Assembly (NCBI GenBank): GCA_036496305.1 | Contig: DASXLJ010000003.1 | Location: 23,777 to 87,776 of the forward strand | DNA from: Gaiellaceae bacterium | Lineage (GTDB): Bacteria; Actinomycetota; Thermoleophilia; Gaiellales; Gaiellaceae | Direction of reading: 5' to 3' | Length of the DNA: 64,000 nucleotides | Part shown: positions 17,268 through 26,163 of the stretch, piece by piece | Position numbering within the stretch: position 1 is the stretch's first letter | Layout: each line of letters starts with the position of its first letter | Made by a program: the position numbers and the translations under genes | Notes under the pieces: generated by a model | Database searches by the model: none | What the model saw: only the letters and a program-made list of their open reading frames with translations | Told to the model about the DNA's origin: nothing

Positions 17268-17298
17268 GACCCTTGGCTACATAGACTGGAACGCAGCC

Positions 17299-18219
17299 GT
17301 GGAGACCTCGCTTCCCGTCGCCGAGCGCCCGCGCCGCCCCGAGTGGATGAAGGTGCGCGCCCCGTCGAAGGACGGTCGGTACTTCGACGTGCAGAAGCTC
17401 GTGCACGGGCTCTCGCTCAACACGATCTGCGAGGAAGCGCGCTGCCCGAACATCTCCGAGTGCTGGGGACGCGGCACCGCGACGTTCCAGATCCTCGGGG
17501 ACACGTGCACCCGCGCGTGCCGCTACTGCTACGTCAACTCCGGTAAGCCGGAGTCGCCACCCGACCCGCTCGAGCCGCTGCGCCTCGCGCAGGCCGCTGC
17601 GCAGATGCAGCTCAAGCACGTCGTCGTCACGTCCGTCGACCGCGACGACGTCCCCGACAAGGGCGCAGGCCACTACGCGGCGACGATCCGCGCTCTCAAG
17701 GCCAAGCTGCCGGATGCAACGGTCGAAGTGCTCACGCCCGACTTCCTCGGCGTCGAGGAGGAGGCGCTGCGCACGGTGCTCGGCGCGCGCCCGGAGGTCT
17801 TCAACTTCAACATCGAGACGGTGCGGCGCCTGCACCGGCAGATGCGCGGCGCAAAAGCGAGCTACGACGGCGCGCTCTGGCTGCTTGCGCGCGCGAAGGA
17901 GATTGCCGACTACAACGTCCTCACGAAGAGCTCGATCATCGTCGGGCTCGGCGAGACGAACGACGAGGTCGTCGAGACGATGCGCGACCTCCGCGCGCAC
18001 GGCGTCGACGTCGTCACGATCGGCCAGTACCTCCAGCCGAGTGCGAAGCACGCAACGATCGACCGCTGGGTGCACCCCGACGAGTTCCGCTGGTTCCGTG
18101 AGCAGGGCGAGGCGCTCGGCTTCGGCTCGGTCTTCTCCGGCCCGCTCGTGCGCTCGAGCTACCGCGCGGACGAGCAGCGCCATGCGGCCGAGACCGGCCG
18201 CGGCGCCGTCGCGTACTAG
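17299..18219 (+). CDS. lipA: Lipoyl synthase
   Basis: CEEARCPNISECW and radical-SAM CTRACRYC cysteine clusters. GTG start. Confidence 0.95.
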   Translation: METSLPVAERPRRPEWMKVRAPSKDGRYFDVQKLVHGLSLNTICEEARCPNISECWGRGTATFQILGDTCTRACRYCYVNSGKPESPPDPLEPLRLAQAAAQMQLKHVVVTSVDRDDVPDKGAGHYAATIRALKAKLPDATVEVLTPDFLGVEEEALRTVLGARPEVFNFNIETVRRLHRQMRGAKASYDGALWLLARAKEIADYNVLTKSSIIVGLGETNDEVVETMRDLRAHGVDVVTIGQYLQPSAKHATIDRWVHPDEFRWFREQGEALGFGSVFSGPLVRSSYRADEQRHAAETGRGAVAY

Positions 18220-18242
18220 AAGCCCGACACGCAGATCACACA

Positions 18243-18270
18243 GGAAGGGCCTCCTTGCGGAGGCCCTTCC
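18243..18270. terminator. Bidirectional hairpin between convergent lipA and the secreted-protein gene
   Basis: GGAAGGGCCTCC-ttgc-GGAGGCCCTTCC, a perfect 12-bp stem. Confidence 0.7.
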
Positions 18271-18300
18271 ATCGTGCTTCGTGCGGTGGTTAGCGCGTCT

Positions 18301-20061
18301 CTACTTGGAGACCTGCCAGACGCGGGTGCCCCAGTTGTCGACCTGGTCAGCGCCAGCGTCGCCGCCGGGGACATACTCGTCCGCCATCCAGGCCGCACCG
18401 GTGACCGGGTCGATCGCGAGCTGCGAGTAGTCGCCCCAACGCCGCCTGTCGTACCCAGGCTCGAAGGTCGAGAAGCTCACGTGCGGACCCGTGCCATGGC
18501 CCGTCGTGCGGATCGCGCTGAACGTGTGACCCTGGTTGATCGAGGTCACGTAGCCGGTGCTCGGGTTCATCGTCTTGCTCGTCATGCTGAAGTCCATGAC
18601 GAGATGACCGGCCTTGCCCATCGAGTCGACCTTCGTCTGCGCGATGCTCGGCATGAGCAGGAACGTCTTCGCCGCGCCGACGTAACCCTGGTGGGCGACC
18701 TTCATCTTCGTCGGGTCGATCTGGAACCACGCCGCGCCGTCGACGACGGTCGGGTCGGTACCGATCTTCATGGACGTCGAGAGCGACGTGTAGAGCATCC
18801 CGCCGGAGAGCTGCACCTGCTCCACCCGGTCGTCGACCGAGTTGAGCGTGGCCTCGGGGACCGAGCACCACGTGCCGAAGTTGAACACGCACGTCGTGTC
18901 GTCACCGGTGCTCGTAGCGTCGACCGGCTCCGAGTACACCTCGCTCGGAATGCTCGTCACGGACAGCGTGGCGGTGCCACCCTTTGCGATCTTGTTGTCG
19001 CCCGTGACCGTCGCGACGTCGAGCATCTTCGCCGAGGCGAAGTTCTGCTCCGACGCGACGAGGTACTCCGTCGTCGACGGCTCGCTCGCCGGCTCGAATC
19101 CGAAGTAGTTCGCGCCGAGCGCGAACGCGTTGGCGTTCGGATTGCCGTGAGCGACGAGCTTCGCCTTGTCGATCGCGAAGATGCCCGTGCCCGGAACTTC
19201 TTCGTTGTCACCACAGAACTCGTTGATCGTGATGTACAGCGCGTGCGTGTCCGCGCCCTGGTGCGGGAAGTCGGGGAAGCAGAATCCCGGGACTCCGGCG
19301 AGGGACGCCGTGTCGACGTTGTAGGCGGTGTAGCCGCCGGCGTTCATGACGACGAGGTCGGTGGTGTAGTACATGTTGTTCAGCGCACCGATCTCGGTGA
19401 AGAAGAACGTCCGCGACGTCTTGTCGTAGCGGCACTGCGGATCGCCCGACGAGTTGGCATCGCTGAAGAGATCGGGCATGCCATCCGCGAAGAGGGAGGT
19501 GCCGGACGTGCTGAAGACGCCCCAGCCGTTATTGGTCATCTCGACGATGACGGTCTGGGTGCCGGGAACGGTGATCGGCACTCCCGCATGCTCGAGCGGC
19601 CCGGCGGGGCCGACGCACAGACCCTGGTCCGGCGGCGTGTAGTGGTGACCGGTGTACACCCGCTGCGAGACATCCGAGATGCCGTCGAAGTTCGATCCCA
19701 GCGCGGGACCGCCGCTGAGGCGAATCTGGCTGGCGCTCGTGCTCGGGAAATGCGTCGCAACGAGCGGCGCGGCATCGTCCGGCGGAGGCGTCAGCGAGCA
19801 GGGGCCCGTCGGCAGAAGCGGCGTGTCGAACTGACACGCGGTGAACGCGTCGCTCGCGGTGATGCCGGAGGGCAGCTGATGGAGGTTGTTGACCTTCGTG
19901 ATGCTTACCGTCGACTGGCCGACGGCCTTGAATGTCGTGGGCTTGGCGGCAGCGGCGCCTGCAGCCGACGCTGTCACCCCCAACGCGGCTACCGCGGCAA
20001 GCACGCCGAGCAGCGCCAGAACGACGGGAAACCGCCGTCCAGGGAGAAGATTGGTCTTCAC
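18301..20061 (-). CDS. Secreted hypothetical protein (586 aa), possibly beta-propeller-like
   Basis: Signal peptide MKTNLLPGRRFPVVLALLGVLAAVAALGVTASA. Ser/Thr/Gly-rich. C-terminal RRWGDYSQLAIDPVTGAAWMADEY resembles the closing blade of sialidase-like propellers (weak inference). Confidence 0.7.
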   Translation of the reverse strand: MKTNLLPGRRFPVVLALLGVLAAVAALGVTASAAGAAAAKPTTFKAVGQSTVSITKVNNLHQLPSGITASDAFTACQFDTPLLPTGPCSLTPPPDDAAPLVATHFPSTSASQIRLSGGPALGSNFDGISDVSQRVYTGHHYTPPDQGLCVGPAGPLEHAGVPITVPGTQTVIVEMTNNGWGVFSTSGTSLFADGMPDLFSDANSSGDPQCRYDKTSRTFFFTEIGALNNMYYTTDLVVMNAGGYTAYNVDTASLAGVPGFCFPDFPHQGADTHALYITINEFCGDNEEVPGTGIFAIDKAKLVAHGNPNANAFALGANYFGFEPASEPSTTEYLVASEQNFASAKMLDVATVTGDNKIAKGGTATLSVTSIPSEVYSEPVDATSTGDDTTCVFNFGTWCSVPEATLNSVDDRVEQVQLSGGMLYTSLSTSMKIGTDPTVVDGAAWFQIDPTKMKVAHQGYVGAAKTFLLMPSIAQTKVDSMGKAGHLVMDFSMTSKTMNPSTGYVTSINQGHTFSAIRTTGHGTGPHVSFSTFEPGYDRRRWGDYSQLAIDPVTGAAWMADEYVPGGDAGADQVDNWGTRVWQVSK

Positions 20062-20231
20062 TATGTTCCCTCTTCTTTCGAGTTTTTACTGGGCCTGACT
20101 CTTAGAGCCCACGCGACGCGAGTTTTTCCTACTCCCCTGGATAGACCTTCGACTCCCTCTCGCTCGCGCGGCACCCCAGCACATCATCCGCTAATCGCGG
20201 ACGCGTTTCAAGGCCAACTCATCAGGAAGAC

Positions 20232-20257
20232 GAAGGGCCGCCCGGAGGCGGCCCTTC
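20232..20257 (-). terminator. Hairpin downstream of the S53 peptidase gene
   Basis: GAAGGGCCGCC-cgga-GGCGGCCCTTC, an 11-bp stem ending ~20 nt from the stop. Confidence 0.65.
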
Positions 20258-20278
20258 GACGAACGAACGCTGTTGTGC

Positions 20279-21736
20279 TCAGCCGTTCTTCGAGTTGTTG
20301 ATCGCTGCGGTGGCCTGACCCGCAGACCACTGCTGCGCGAGCTGGCTCAGCAGACCGCCGGTCTTCGGCGAACCGAGGCCCGTGACGGCGTCCCAACCCG
20401 GCCCGGCGTTGAATCCGGCGACGTTCACCGGGTTGTTCGCACTGTCGAACTCCACGGCGTTGTTGCTTCCGCTCGTGACGTCGTGGAAGGCGGCAGCGTA
20501 CGAGCCGCGGCTCTGGCCGATCTTGTACAGAGCCGAGTTGATGAAGCCGTAGTCGTGACCGGCTGCCTGGTCGGCGATTGCCGTCAGAGCAGCCCACTGC
20601 GGCGCACCACAGCTCGTGCCGCCGAAGCGGTAGAACCCGCCGCCCGGAGGATTCCCGGTCTCGGCCTGCAGAGGCACGAGGACGCCATGGAGGATCGCCG
20701 CGTTGTAGGCGACGTCCGGAACGGCACGGGTCTTCCCACCGTGGATCGTCCCCTGCTGGTAGGCAGGCTCGCTCCAGACGGTGCTGAACCCGCCGCCACT
20801 CGCCTCGGTCGCGTCGAAGAAGTCGGGGAAGTCGCCCGTCGGTCCCTCGTTCCAACCGATCTCACTCAGGTAGCTGCCGAACGCAGGATTGGTGGCAGGA
20901 TCGCAGCCGAGCTGCGGCAGGCAGTAGTCGGCGGCGTGCAACTCCGTGCCACCAACGCCCGTCACGAGCGGATCCGACGCCGGAGACGACGACGACTTGA
21001 TCCACGACGATCCGTCGCACGACGGCTGCGACGCACCCTGGTCACCCGACGATGCGAAGAGCGTGATGCCCTTCTTCGTCGCATTCACGAACGCCTGGTG
21101 CCACTGGCTCTGGAGGCTGGATCCGAGGCACGTGTCCGACTCGCCGAAGCTCATCGAGATCACGTCGCCGAGGTTGTGGTCGACCGCGTAGTTCACAGCC
21201 GCGACGAGATCGTCGTCGTTGCTGGACTTCCCGTGCACGATCACGATCTTGGCGCCCGGAGCGATCGCGTGCGACCAGTCGACGTCCAGCTGCATCTCCT
21301 GCGACCAGCCCGCGTCGTACGGCGTGTTCGCCTGGCCGGCCGGGTAGTACTGGGCGATGGTCTGGTCCGGCAGGCCGTAGTAGTTGTTGAAGTAGCTGAA
21401 GTCGTACTGCAGGTTCGGATCGTCGAACGCATCGACGATGACGATCGTCTTGCCGCTTCCGTCGAGCCCGTTCGCGATCAGCGAGTCGACGCCGTACGCC
21501 TTGCGCATCTGGTACGGGTCATAGCACTGTCCGGTGCTCAGACCGACCTGACACGTCCGCAGTCCGTAGTTGCCGTTGGCGCTCGTCGCACCCGCGGCCG
21601 GCGCGGCCGTCAGCTCCGGCGTGACGTACATCCGGTGCAGATCCGGCGTCGACGCGCCGGCGGAACCGACCGTGAGCGCAGCCACCAACGTGGCGAGCGC
21701 TCCCATGAGCAGGGTTCTTCCCACACGTGCAGTCAA
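20279..21736 (-). CDS. Secreted S53 (sedolisin/kumamolisin-like) serine peptidase
   Basis: KTIVIVDAFD, EMQLDVDW, SMSFGE, FASSGDQG and the catalytic-Ser context FGGTSCGAPQWAA. TTG start 21734-21736 (rc) after GGGAGGGG gives the signal peptide MTARVGRTLLMGALATLVAALTVGSAGA. Confidence 0.85.
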   Translation of the reverse strand: MTARVGRTLLMGALATLVAALTVGSAGASTPDLHRMYVTPELTAAPAAGATSANGNYGLRTCQVGLSTGQCYDPYQMRKAYGVDSLIANGLDGSGKTIVIVDAFDDPNLQYDFSYFNNYYGLPDQTIAQYYPAGQANTPYDAGWSQEMQLDVDWSHAIAPGAKIVIVHGKSSNDDDLVAAVNYAVDHNLGDVISMSFGESDTCLGSSLQSQWHQAFVNATKKGITLFASSGDQGASQPSCDGSSWIKSSSSPASDPLVTGVGGTELHAADYCLPQLGCDPATNPAFGSYLSEIGWNEGPTGDFPDFFDATEASGGGFSTVWSEPAYQQGTIHGGKTRAVPDVAYNAAILHGVLVPLQAETGNPPGGGFYRFGGTSCGAPQWAALTAIADQAAGHDYGFINSALYKIGQSRGSYAAAFHDVTSGSNNAVEFDSANNPVNVAGFNAGPGWDAVTGLGSPKTGGLLSQLAQQWSAGQATAAINNSKNG

Positions 21737-21852
21737 AGTGCCCCTCCCTCGATTTGTTGACCCTCGGAGCGCCTCCTCTGATGGCGCCCCGTTCCGAGCC
21801 CGCAACGTACATCGTTTTGCGGCCTGTTGGGTCAGGTCGACGTCGGGCCAGA

Positions 21853-23235
21853 TCAGCCGTGCGGCTTGGCCATGGCGCGGTAGTCGAGCGCCTCGTCGAG
21901 CACCGAGTCCTCGACGCCCTTCTCCCGCGCGACCTCGCGCAGAGAACGGCCGGACGAGGCGGACTCTTTGACGATCTCCGCCGCCTTGTCGTAGCCGATG
22001 TACGGGTTGAGAGCGGTCGCCGCGGCGAGCGTGAGCTCGGCGTAGCGCTCGCAGTTCTCGCGGTTCACCTCGATCCCGTCGACGCACTTCTCCGCGAAGA
22101 GCCGACACGCGCTCGCGAGGAGCTTGACCGACTCGAGGACGTTCTTCGCGAGCAGCGGGACGAAAACGTTGAGCTCGAAGTGGCCCTGCATGCCGCCGAT
22201 CGCGATCGCGGCGTCGTTGCCGATCACCTGCGCGGCGACCTGCGTGACGACCTCGGGCATGACCGGATTGACCTTGCCCGGCATGATCGAGGAGCCCTTC
22301 TGGAGCTCCGGCAGGAAGATCTCGGCGAGGCCGGCACGCGGGCCGGAGCCGAGGAAGCGGATGTCGTTCGCGACCTTCGTCAGCGAGACGGCGACCGTCT
22401 TGAGCGCTCCCGAGACCTCGACGATGCCGTCGCGCGCGGCCTGCGCCTCGAACGGATCGGCCGGCGCGGAGATCGTAAGGCCCGTCTCTTTGGAGAGAAT
22501 CTCGCGCACGCGGGCGGCGAACTCGGGATGCGTGTTGAGGCCGGTGCCGGTCGCGGTGCCGCCGAGCGGGATCTGGCCTAGGCGCGGCAGCGCGTCCTCG
22601 ACGCGCGCGACGCCCTGACTCACCTGCGCGGCGTAGCCGGCGAACTCCTGTCCGAGCGTGACGGGCACCGCGTCCATCCAGTGCGTGCGGCCCGACTTCA
22701 CGATGTCGTCGAACTCCTTCGCCTTCGCGTCGAGCGAGGCCGCGAGCTGCTTCATCGCGGGTAGGAGGTCGTTCGTGATCTCGTCGAGCGTCGCGAGATG
22801 GACGGCCGACGGGAAGACGTCGTTCGACGACTGGCCCATGTTCACGTCGTCGTTCGCGTGAACGCCCTCGCCCGCGAGCGTCGCAATGACCTCGTTCGCG
22901 TTCATGTTCGAGGACGTGCCCGAGCCGGTCTGGAAGACGTCGATCGGGAACTGGTCGTCGAGCTCGCCCGCGGCAATCCGCGCCGCCGCTGCCGAGATCC
23001 GCTCCGCCTTGTCGGCGTCGAGCAGGCCGAGGTCGCCGTTCGCCTGCGCAGCGGCTCCCTTGATGCGACCGAGCCAGCGCGCCACCGACGGCGGGATCGG
23101 CTGTCCCGAGACGGGGAAGTTCGCGACCGCCTTCGTCGTCTCCCCGCCCCAGAGCTGCTGCTGCTCGCCCGTGCTCGCCACGGAAACGAGTCTAGGCGAC
23201 GGAGGTCTGGCGCAGTTCGGAGAGCTTGCGGACAC
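21853..23235 (-). CDS. fumC: Class II fumarate hydratase
   Basis: GSSIMPGKVNP signature and the overall lyase-1 pattern. Start is either GTG 23235 (44-nt overlap with the upstream small ORF) or GTG 23181. Confidence 0.9.
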   Translation of the reverse strand: MSASSPNCARPPSPRLVSVASTGEQQQLWGGETTKAVANFPVSGQPIPPSVARWLGRIKGAAAQANGDLGLLDADKAERISAAAARIAAGELDDQFPIDVFQTGSGTSSNMNANEVIATLAGEGVHANDDVNMGQSSNDVFPSAVHLATLDEITNDLLPAMKQLAASLDAKAKEFDDIVKSGRTHWMDAVPVTLGQEFAGYAAQVSQGVARVEDALPRLGQIPLGGTATGTGLNTHPEFAARVREILSKETGLTISAPADPFEAQAARDGIVEVSGALKTVAVSLTKVANDIRFLGSGPRAGLAEIFLPELQKGSSIMPGKVNPVMPEVVTQVAAQVIGNDAAIAIGGMQGHFELNVFVPLLAKNVLESVKLLASACRLFAEKCVDGIEVNRENCERYAELTLAAATALNPYIGYDKAAEIVKESASSGRSLREVAREKGVEDSVLDEALDYRAMAKPHG

Positions 23236-23395
23236 GCGGGCGACGCCGGCGATCGCCCTCGGTCACCTCGAGCAGCGGCTGCCAGCCGAGATAACCGCAG
23301 CTCTGGCACTCGGGCGAATCGAGGTGCTTGAACACGTCGCGGCGCGCGACACGAGACGTACCACAGCGAAGACATTCCACGACGAGCGAATCCAC
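23192..23395 (-). CDS. Small zinc-ribbon protein (67 aa)
   Basis: CLRCG...CQSCG pair followed by an Arg-rich tail. Lies immediately upstream of fumC. Confidence 0.45.
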   Translation of the reverse strand: MDSLVVECLRCGTSRVARRDVFKHLDSPECQSCGYLGWQPLLEVTEGDRRRRPRVRKLSELRQTSVA

Positions 23396-23434
23396 GTCGG
23401 GTCCATCGACCGCGGACCGCGCTTGGCGCTCCCT

Positions 23435-24763
23435 CTAACGAGTGAGTTGGGCCGCTGCGGCGAGGAGCTCGTCCCAGGAGCAGAGCTTCACCCGCGGGCG
23501 TCCGCTCTTCTCGCCGGCGCCTCGCTCGGCCTCGTCGATTGCCGTCCAGCCCGCGTACTCGACGACGCGCGCGCCGCGCTCGGCCAAGAGTGCATCGACG
23601 GCGTCGGCGGTCGCCTCGGGCTTCGGCTGCAGACGGCCGGCCGCGACGTCCTCGAGCAGGAGCTCCACGGTCTCGGTCGCGTCCTTCTTGTTCGTGCCGA
23701 TCACGCCGGTCGGGCCGCGCTTGATCCAGCCTGCGCAGTAGACGCCGTCGCCCACGCGCCCGCTGTCGTTCGGGATCGTGCCGCTGCGGTCGTCGAACGC
23801 GACGCCCGGAAGCTCGACGCCGCGATAGCCGACGCTGCGGAACACGAGGCCGCACGCGAGCGTCTCCGTCACGTCGGTCGCGACGGCGCGCTCGTTCTCG
23901 TCGAGGACGTTGCGGACGAGCTCGATTCCCTCGACGCGGCTGTCGCCGAGGATCGCGACCGGCGACTCGAAGAACTTGAAGACGACGCGGCGCGCCTTTC
24001 CCTCCGGCTCCTTCACAGCGAGGTCGTGCAGGACCGCGAGGTTCCGCTCCGAGTTCGTGTCCTTCGGCTCGGCGCCCTCGAGATCGGCGGGGTCGACGAA
24101 CACATCGGCGCCGGCGAGCTCGCCCATCTCCTGCAACTCCGGCGTCGTGAACGCGGCCTGCGCCGGGCCGCGGCGGCCGACGACGACGATCTCCTTCAGC
24201 GAGGAGGACGCAATCGCCTCGATCGCGGCGTCGCTCGTGTCGGTCGGTGCGAGCTCTTCGCGCGTGAGCGCGAGCATCCGCGCGACGTCGAGCGCGACGT
24301 TGCCGACGCCGATCACGACCGCCCGTTCGACGTCGAGATCGAACGAGATGTCCTGGAAGTCCGGGTGGCCGTTATACCAGGCGACGAACGCGGTGGCCGG
24401 CCACGATCCCGGCAGATCCTCGCCGGGTATGCCGAGCCGCCGGTCGGTCTGCGCGCCGACCGCATAGATGACCGCGTCGTAGAGGCGCGTAAGGTCGTCG
24501 GCATGGAGGTCGCGGCCGACTTCGACATTGCCGAGGAAGCGGAAGCCCGGCTGGTCGGCGATCTTCTCGAACGCGCGCGAGACCGTCTTGAGCTTCGGAT
24601 GGTCCGGCGCGACGCCGAGCCGCACGAGCCCCCACGGCGTCGGCAGGCGCTCGATCATGTCGACCTCGGCCGGCGTGGCTGCGTTCAGCAGCGCGCCGGC
24701 AGCGTAGAAGCCCGCGGGGCCGGAGCCGACGATCGCTACGCGGAGGGGCCGCCCGACGGACAT
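23435..24763 (-). CDS. fprA: Ferredoxin/adrenodoxin-NADP+ reductase (FprA-like)
   Basis: RVAIVGSGPAGFYAAGALL (FAD GxGxxG) and a second NADP fold VVIGVGNVALDVARML. Length 442 aa. Confidence 0.88.
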   Translation of the reverse strand: MSVGRPLRVAIVGSGPAGFYAAGALLNAATPAEVDMIERLPTPWGLVRLGVAPDHPKLKTVSRAFEKIADQPGFRFLGNVEVGRDLHADDLTRLYDAVIYAVGAQTDRRLGIPGEDLPGSWPATAFVAWYNGHPDFQDISFDLDVERAVVIGVGNVALDVARMLALTREELAPTDTSDAAIEAIASSSLKEIVVVGRRGPAQAAFTTPELQEMGELAGADVFVDPADLEGAEPKDTNSERNLAVLHDLAVKEPEGKARRVVFKFFESPVAILGDSRVEGIELVRNVLDENERAVATDVTETLACGLVFRSVGYRGVELPGVAFDDRSGTIPNDSGRVGDGVYCAGWIKRGPTGVIGTNKKDATETVELLLEDVAAGRLQPKPEATADAVDALLAERGARVVEYAGWTAIDEAERGAGEKSGRPRVKLCSWDELLAAAAQLTR

Positions 24764-24806
24764 ACGGCCGATCGTAATGGGACGGTCAACTGCGCACGTT
24801 CCCGCC

Positions 24807-24836
24807 TTGACGTCTTCGCCAAGGACACCTAAGAAT
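24807..24836 (+). promoter_or_regulatory. Sigma-70-like promoter candidate for the 24878 gene
   Basis: TTGACG - 17 nt - TAAGAAT, ~40 nt upstream of the ATG. G-rich RBS (ggggggttac ATG). Confidence 0.4.
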
Positions 24837-24877
24837 GGGCTCCGTTACTTCGTAATACGATCAATCCGGGGGGTTAC

Positions 24878-25468
24878 ATGAAGATCAAGCACCTACTGGC
24901 CACTGCGGGCCTCATGGCCGTGGCCGCACTCACCGTCACAGCCGTGGCATTCGGCGGCGGGAACAAGAGCGTCGTCTGCCACGGAGGCAAGTCCGTCGTC
25001 AATGTGACGTATCGGCTCCGCAACGATTACGACAGCGGCGTCGGCGGCAACGCCTGGGCCAACGACACGGTGAAGCGGCAGCTGCGAGTTTTCAAGCTCA
25101 AGGGCGGCTCGTATTGCGCAATCGCCCATGACACCGGCTCGTTCGTCACGTTCGCCGGAACGAGCCCGGCCGGTACGAGCACGGTGCAGGCCGGAATCAA
25201 GGGCGTGCTCCACGGTGGTTACACGACCACGGTGTTCAGTGGCACACTCGCCGCGAAGCCGCAGTACAAGAAGCACGGGAACCTCGGAACGTTCGACCTC
25301 GAGTGCACCGACGCGAACACCTGCCCCGGCGCGTATCCGAGCTACTCGAGCTACTTCAGCTCGACGAGCGGAGACGACCTCGCCACGTGGGGTTGGATGT
25401 ACCACACGGCCAAGAACGGCAACTGGAAGAACACGTACACCGGCAACGCCGGCGACATCAAGGGCTAA
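24878..25468 (+). CDS. Secreted hypothetical protein (196 aa)
   Basis: Signal peptide MKIKHLLATAGLMAVAALTVTAVA. Gly/Thr/Tyr-rich mature part with 4 Cys. No recognisable motif. Confidence 0.65.
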   Translation: MKIKHLLATAGLMAVAALTVTAVAFGGGNKSVVCHGGKSVVNVTYRLRNDYDSGVGGNAWANDTVKRQLRVFKLKGGSYCAIAHDTGSFVTFAGTSPAGTSTVQAGIKGVLHGGYTTTVFSGTLAAKPQYKKHGNLGTFDLECTDANTCPGAYPSYSSYFSSTSGDDLATWGWMYHTAKNGNWKNTYTGNAGDIKG

Positions 25469-25481
25469 GCCGACCATCCGC

Positions 25482-25510
25482 GTGCGGCCGGGCACCACGC
25501 TCGGCCGCAC
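25482..25510. terminator. Hairpin in convergent spacer
   Basis: GTGCGGCCG - 11 nt - CGGCCGCAC. Confidence 0.5.
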
Positions 25511-25527
25511 GGACGGCCAAAGCCGGC

Positions 25528-26049
25528 TCAGGGCTTGGTGATGCGCGATTCGACCGAGATCATCACCTTGCGCAGGAGCGCGTTCAGCTGCGCCATCTCC
25601 TTCGGAGTCAGCGCGCCCGTGAGGATCTTCTCCTTCTCGCCCTGCACGCCCATCGCCTGCGCGACCTTCTTGCGGCCTTTCGCGGTGAGCTCGACGAGGA
25701 CGCTGCGGCGATCGTTCGAATCGCGGACACGACGGACGAGTCCCGCTGCTTCGAGGTGATCGAGGCGGGCCGTCATCGTCCCGCTCGTCAACTCTGCACG
25801 ACGGGCCAGCTCGCCGGCGGAGCGACGCGTTCCCTCGGCCCACTGCAGCGACATGAGCACCTTCCAGTCGCCGCCCGACAGGCCCTGCTCGTCGAGCGTC
25901 TCGTCGAGCATCTTCCGGATCCGCCAGTTGAGGCCATGGATCCGGTCGACGATTCCCTCCACCTCGATATCGACCTCGGGAGGTAGGGCGGACGCGATCT
26001 CTTCGAGCCACGAGTCGATGTGGTCACGCTCGGGTTGCTGTTCGGCCAC
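25528..26049 (-). CDS. MarR-family transcriptional regulator
   Basis: Winged HTH: SAGELARRAELTSGTMTARLDHLEAAGLVRRVRDSNDRRSVLVELTAKG. GTG start 26047-26049 (rc). Confidence 0.88.
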   Translation of the reverse strand: MAEQQPERDHIDSWLEEIASALPPEVDIEVEGIVDRIHGLNWRIRKMLDETLDEQGLSGGDWKVLMSLQWAEGTRRSAGELARRAELTSGTMTARLDHLEAAGLVRRVRDSNDRRSVLVELTAKGRKKVAQAMGVQGEKEKILTGALTPKEMAQLNALLRKVMISVESRITKP

Positions 26050-26072
26050 GTTCTCAGTGTCGATGAAATTTC

Positions 26073-26130
26073 TCTTGACGTCAAGACATCTGCGCTGGTA
26101 GCTTGCCGCCAAATAGTTTGACGTCAAGAG
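26073..26130. promoter_or_regulatory. Two copies of palindrome TTGACGTCAA (candidate MarR operators)
   Basis: TCTTGACGTCAAGA (26073-26086) and TTTGACGTCAAGAG (26117-26130), 43 bp apart in the marR/cupin-TPR divergent spacer. Confidence 0.55.
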
Positions 26131-26163
26131 AGTACGTCACGATCAACGGGAGGCTCTACGCAC

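Noticed and set aside
21853-23235. Whether this lyase-1 enzyme is aspartase and not fumarase.
   Set aside because: The signature reads GSSIMPGKVNP (Gly after Pro, as in class II fumarases), not the aspartase-type GSSIMPAKVNP. The N-terminus is atypically short, so the start remains uncertain.
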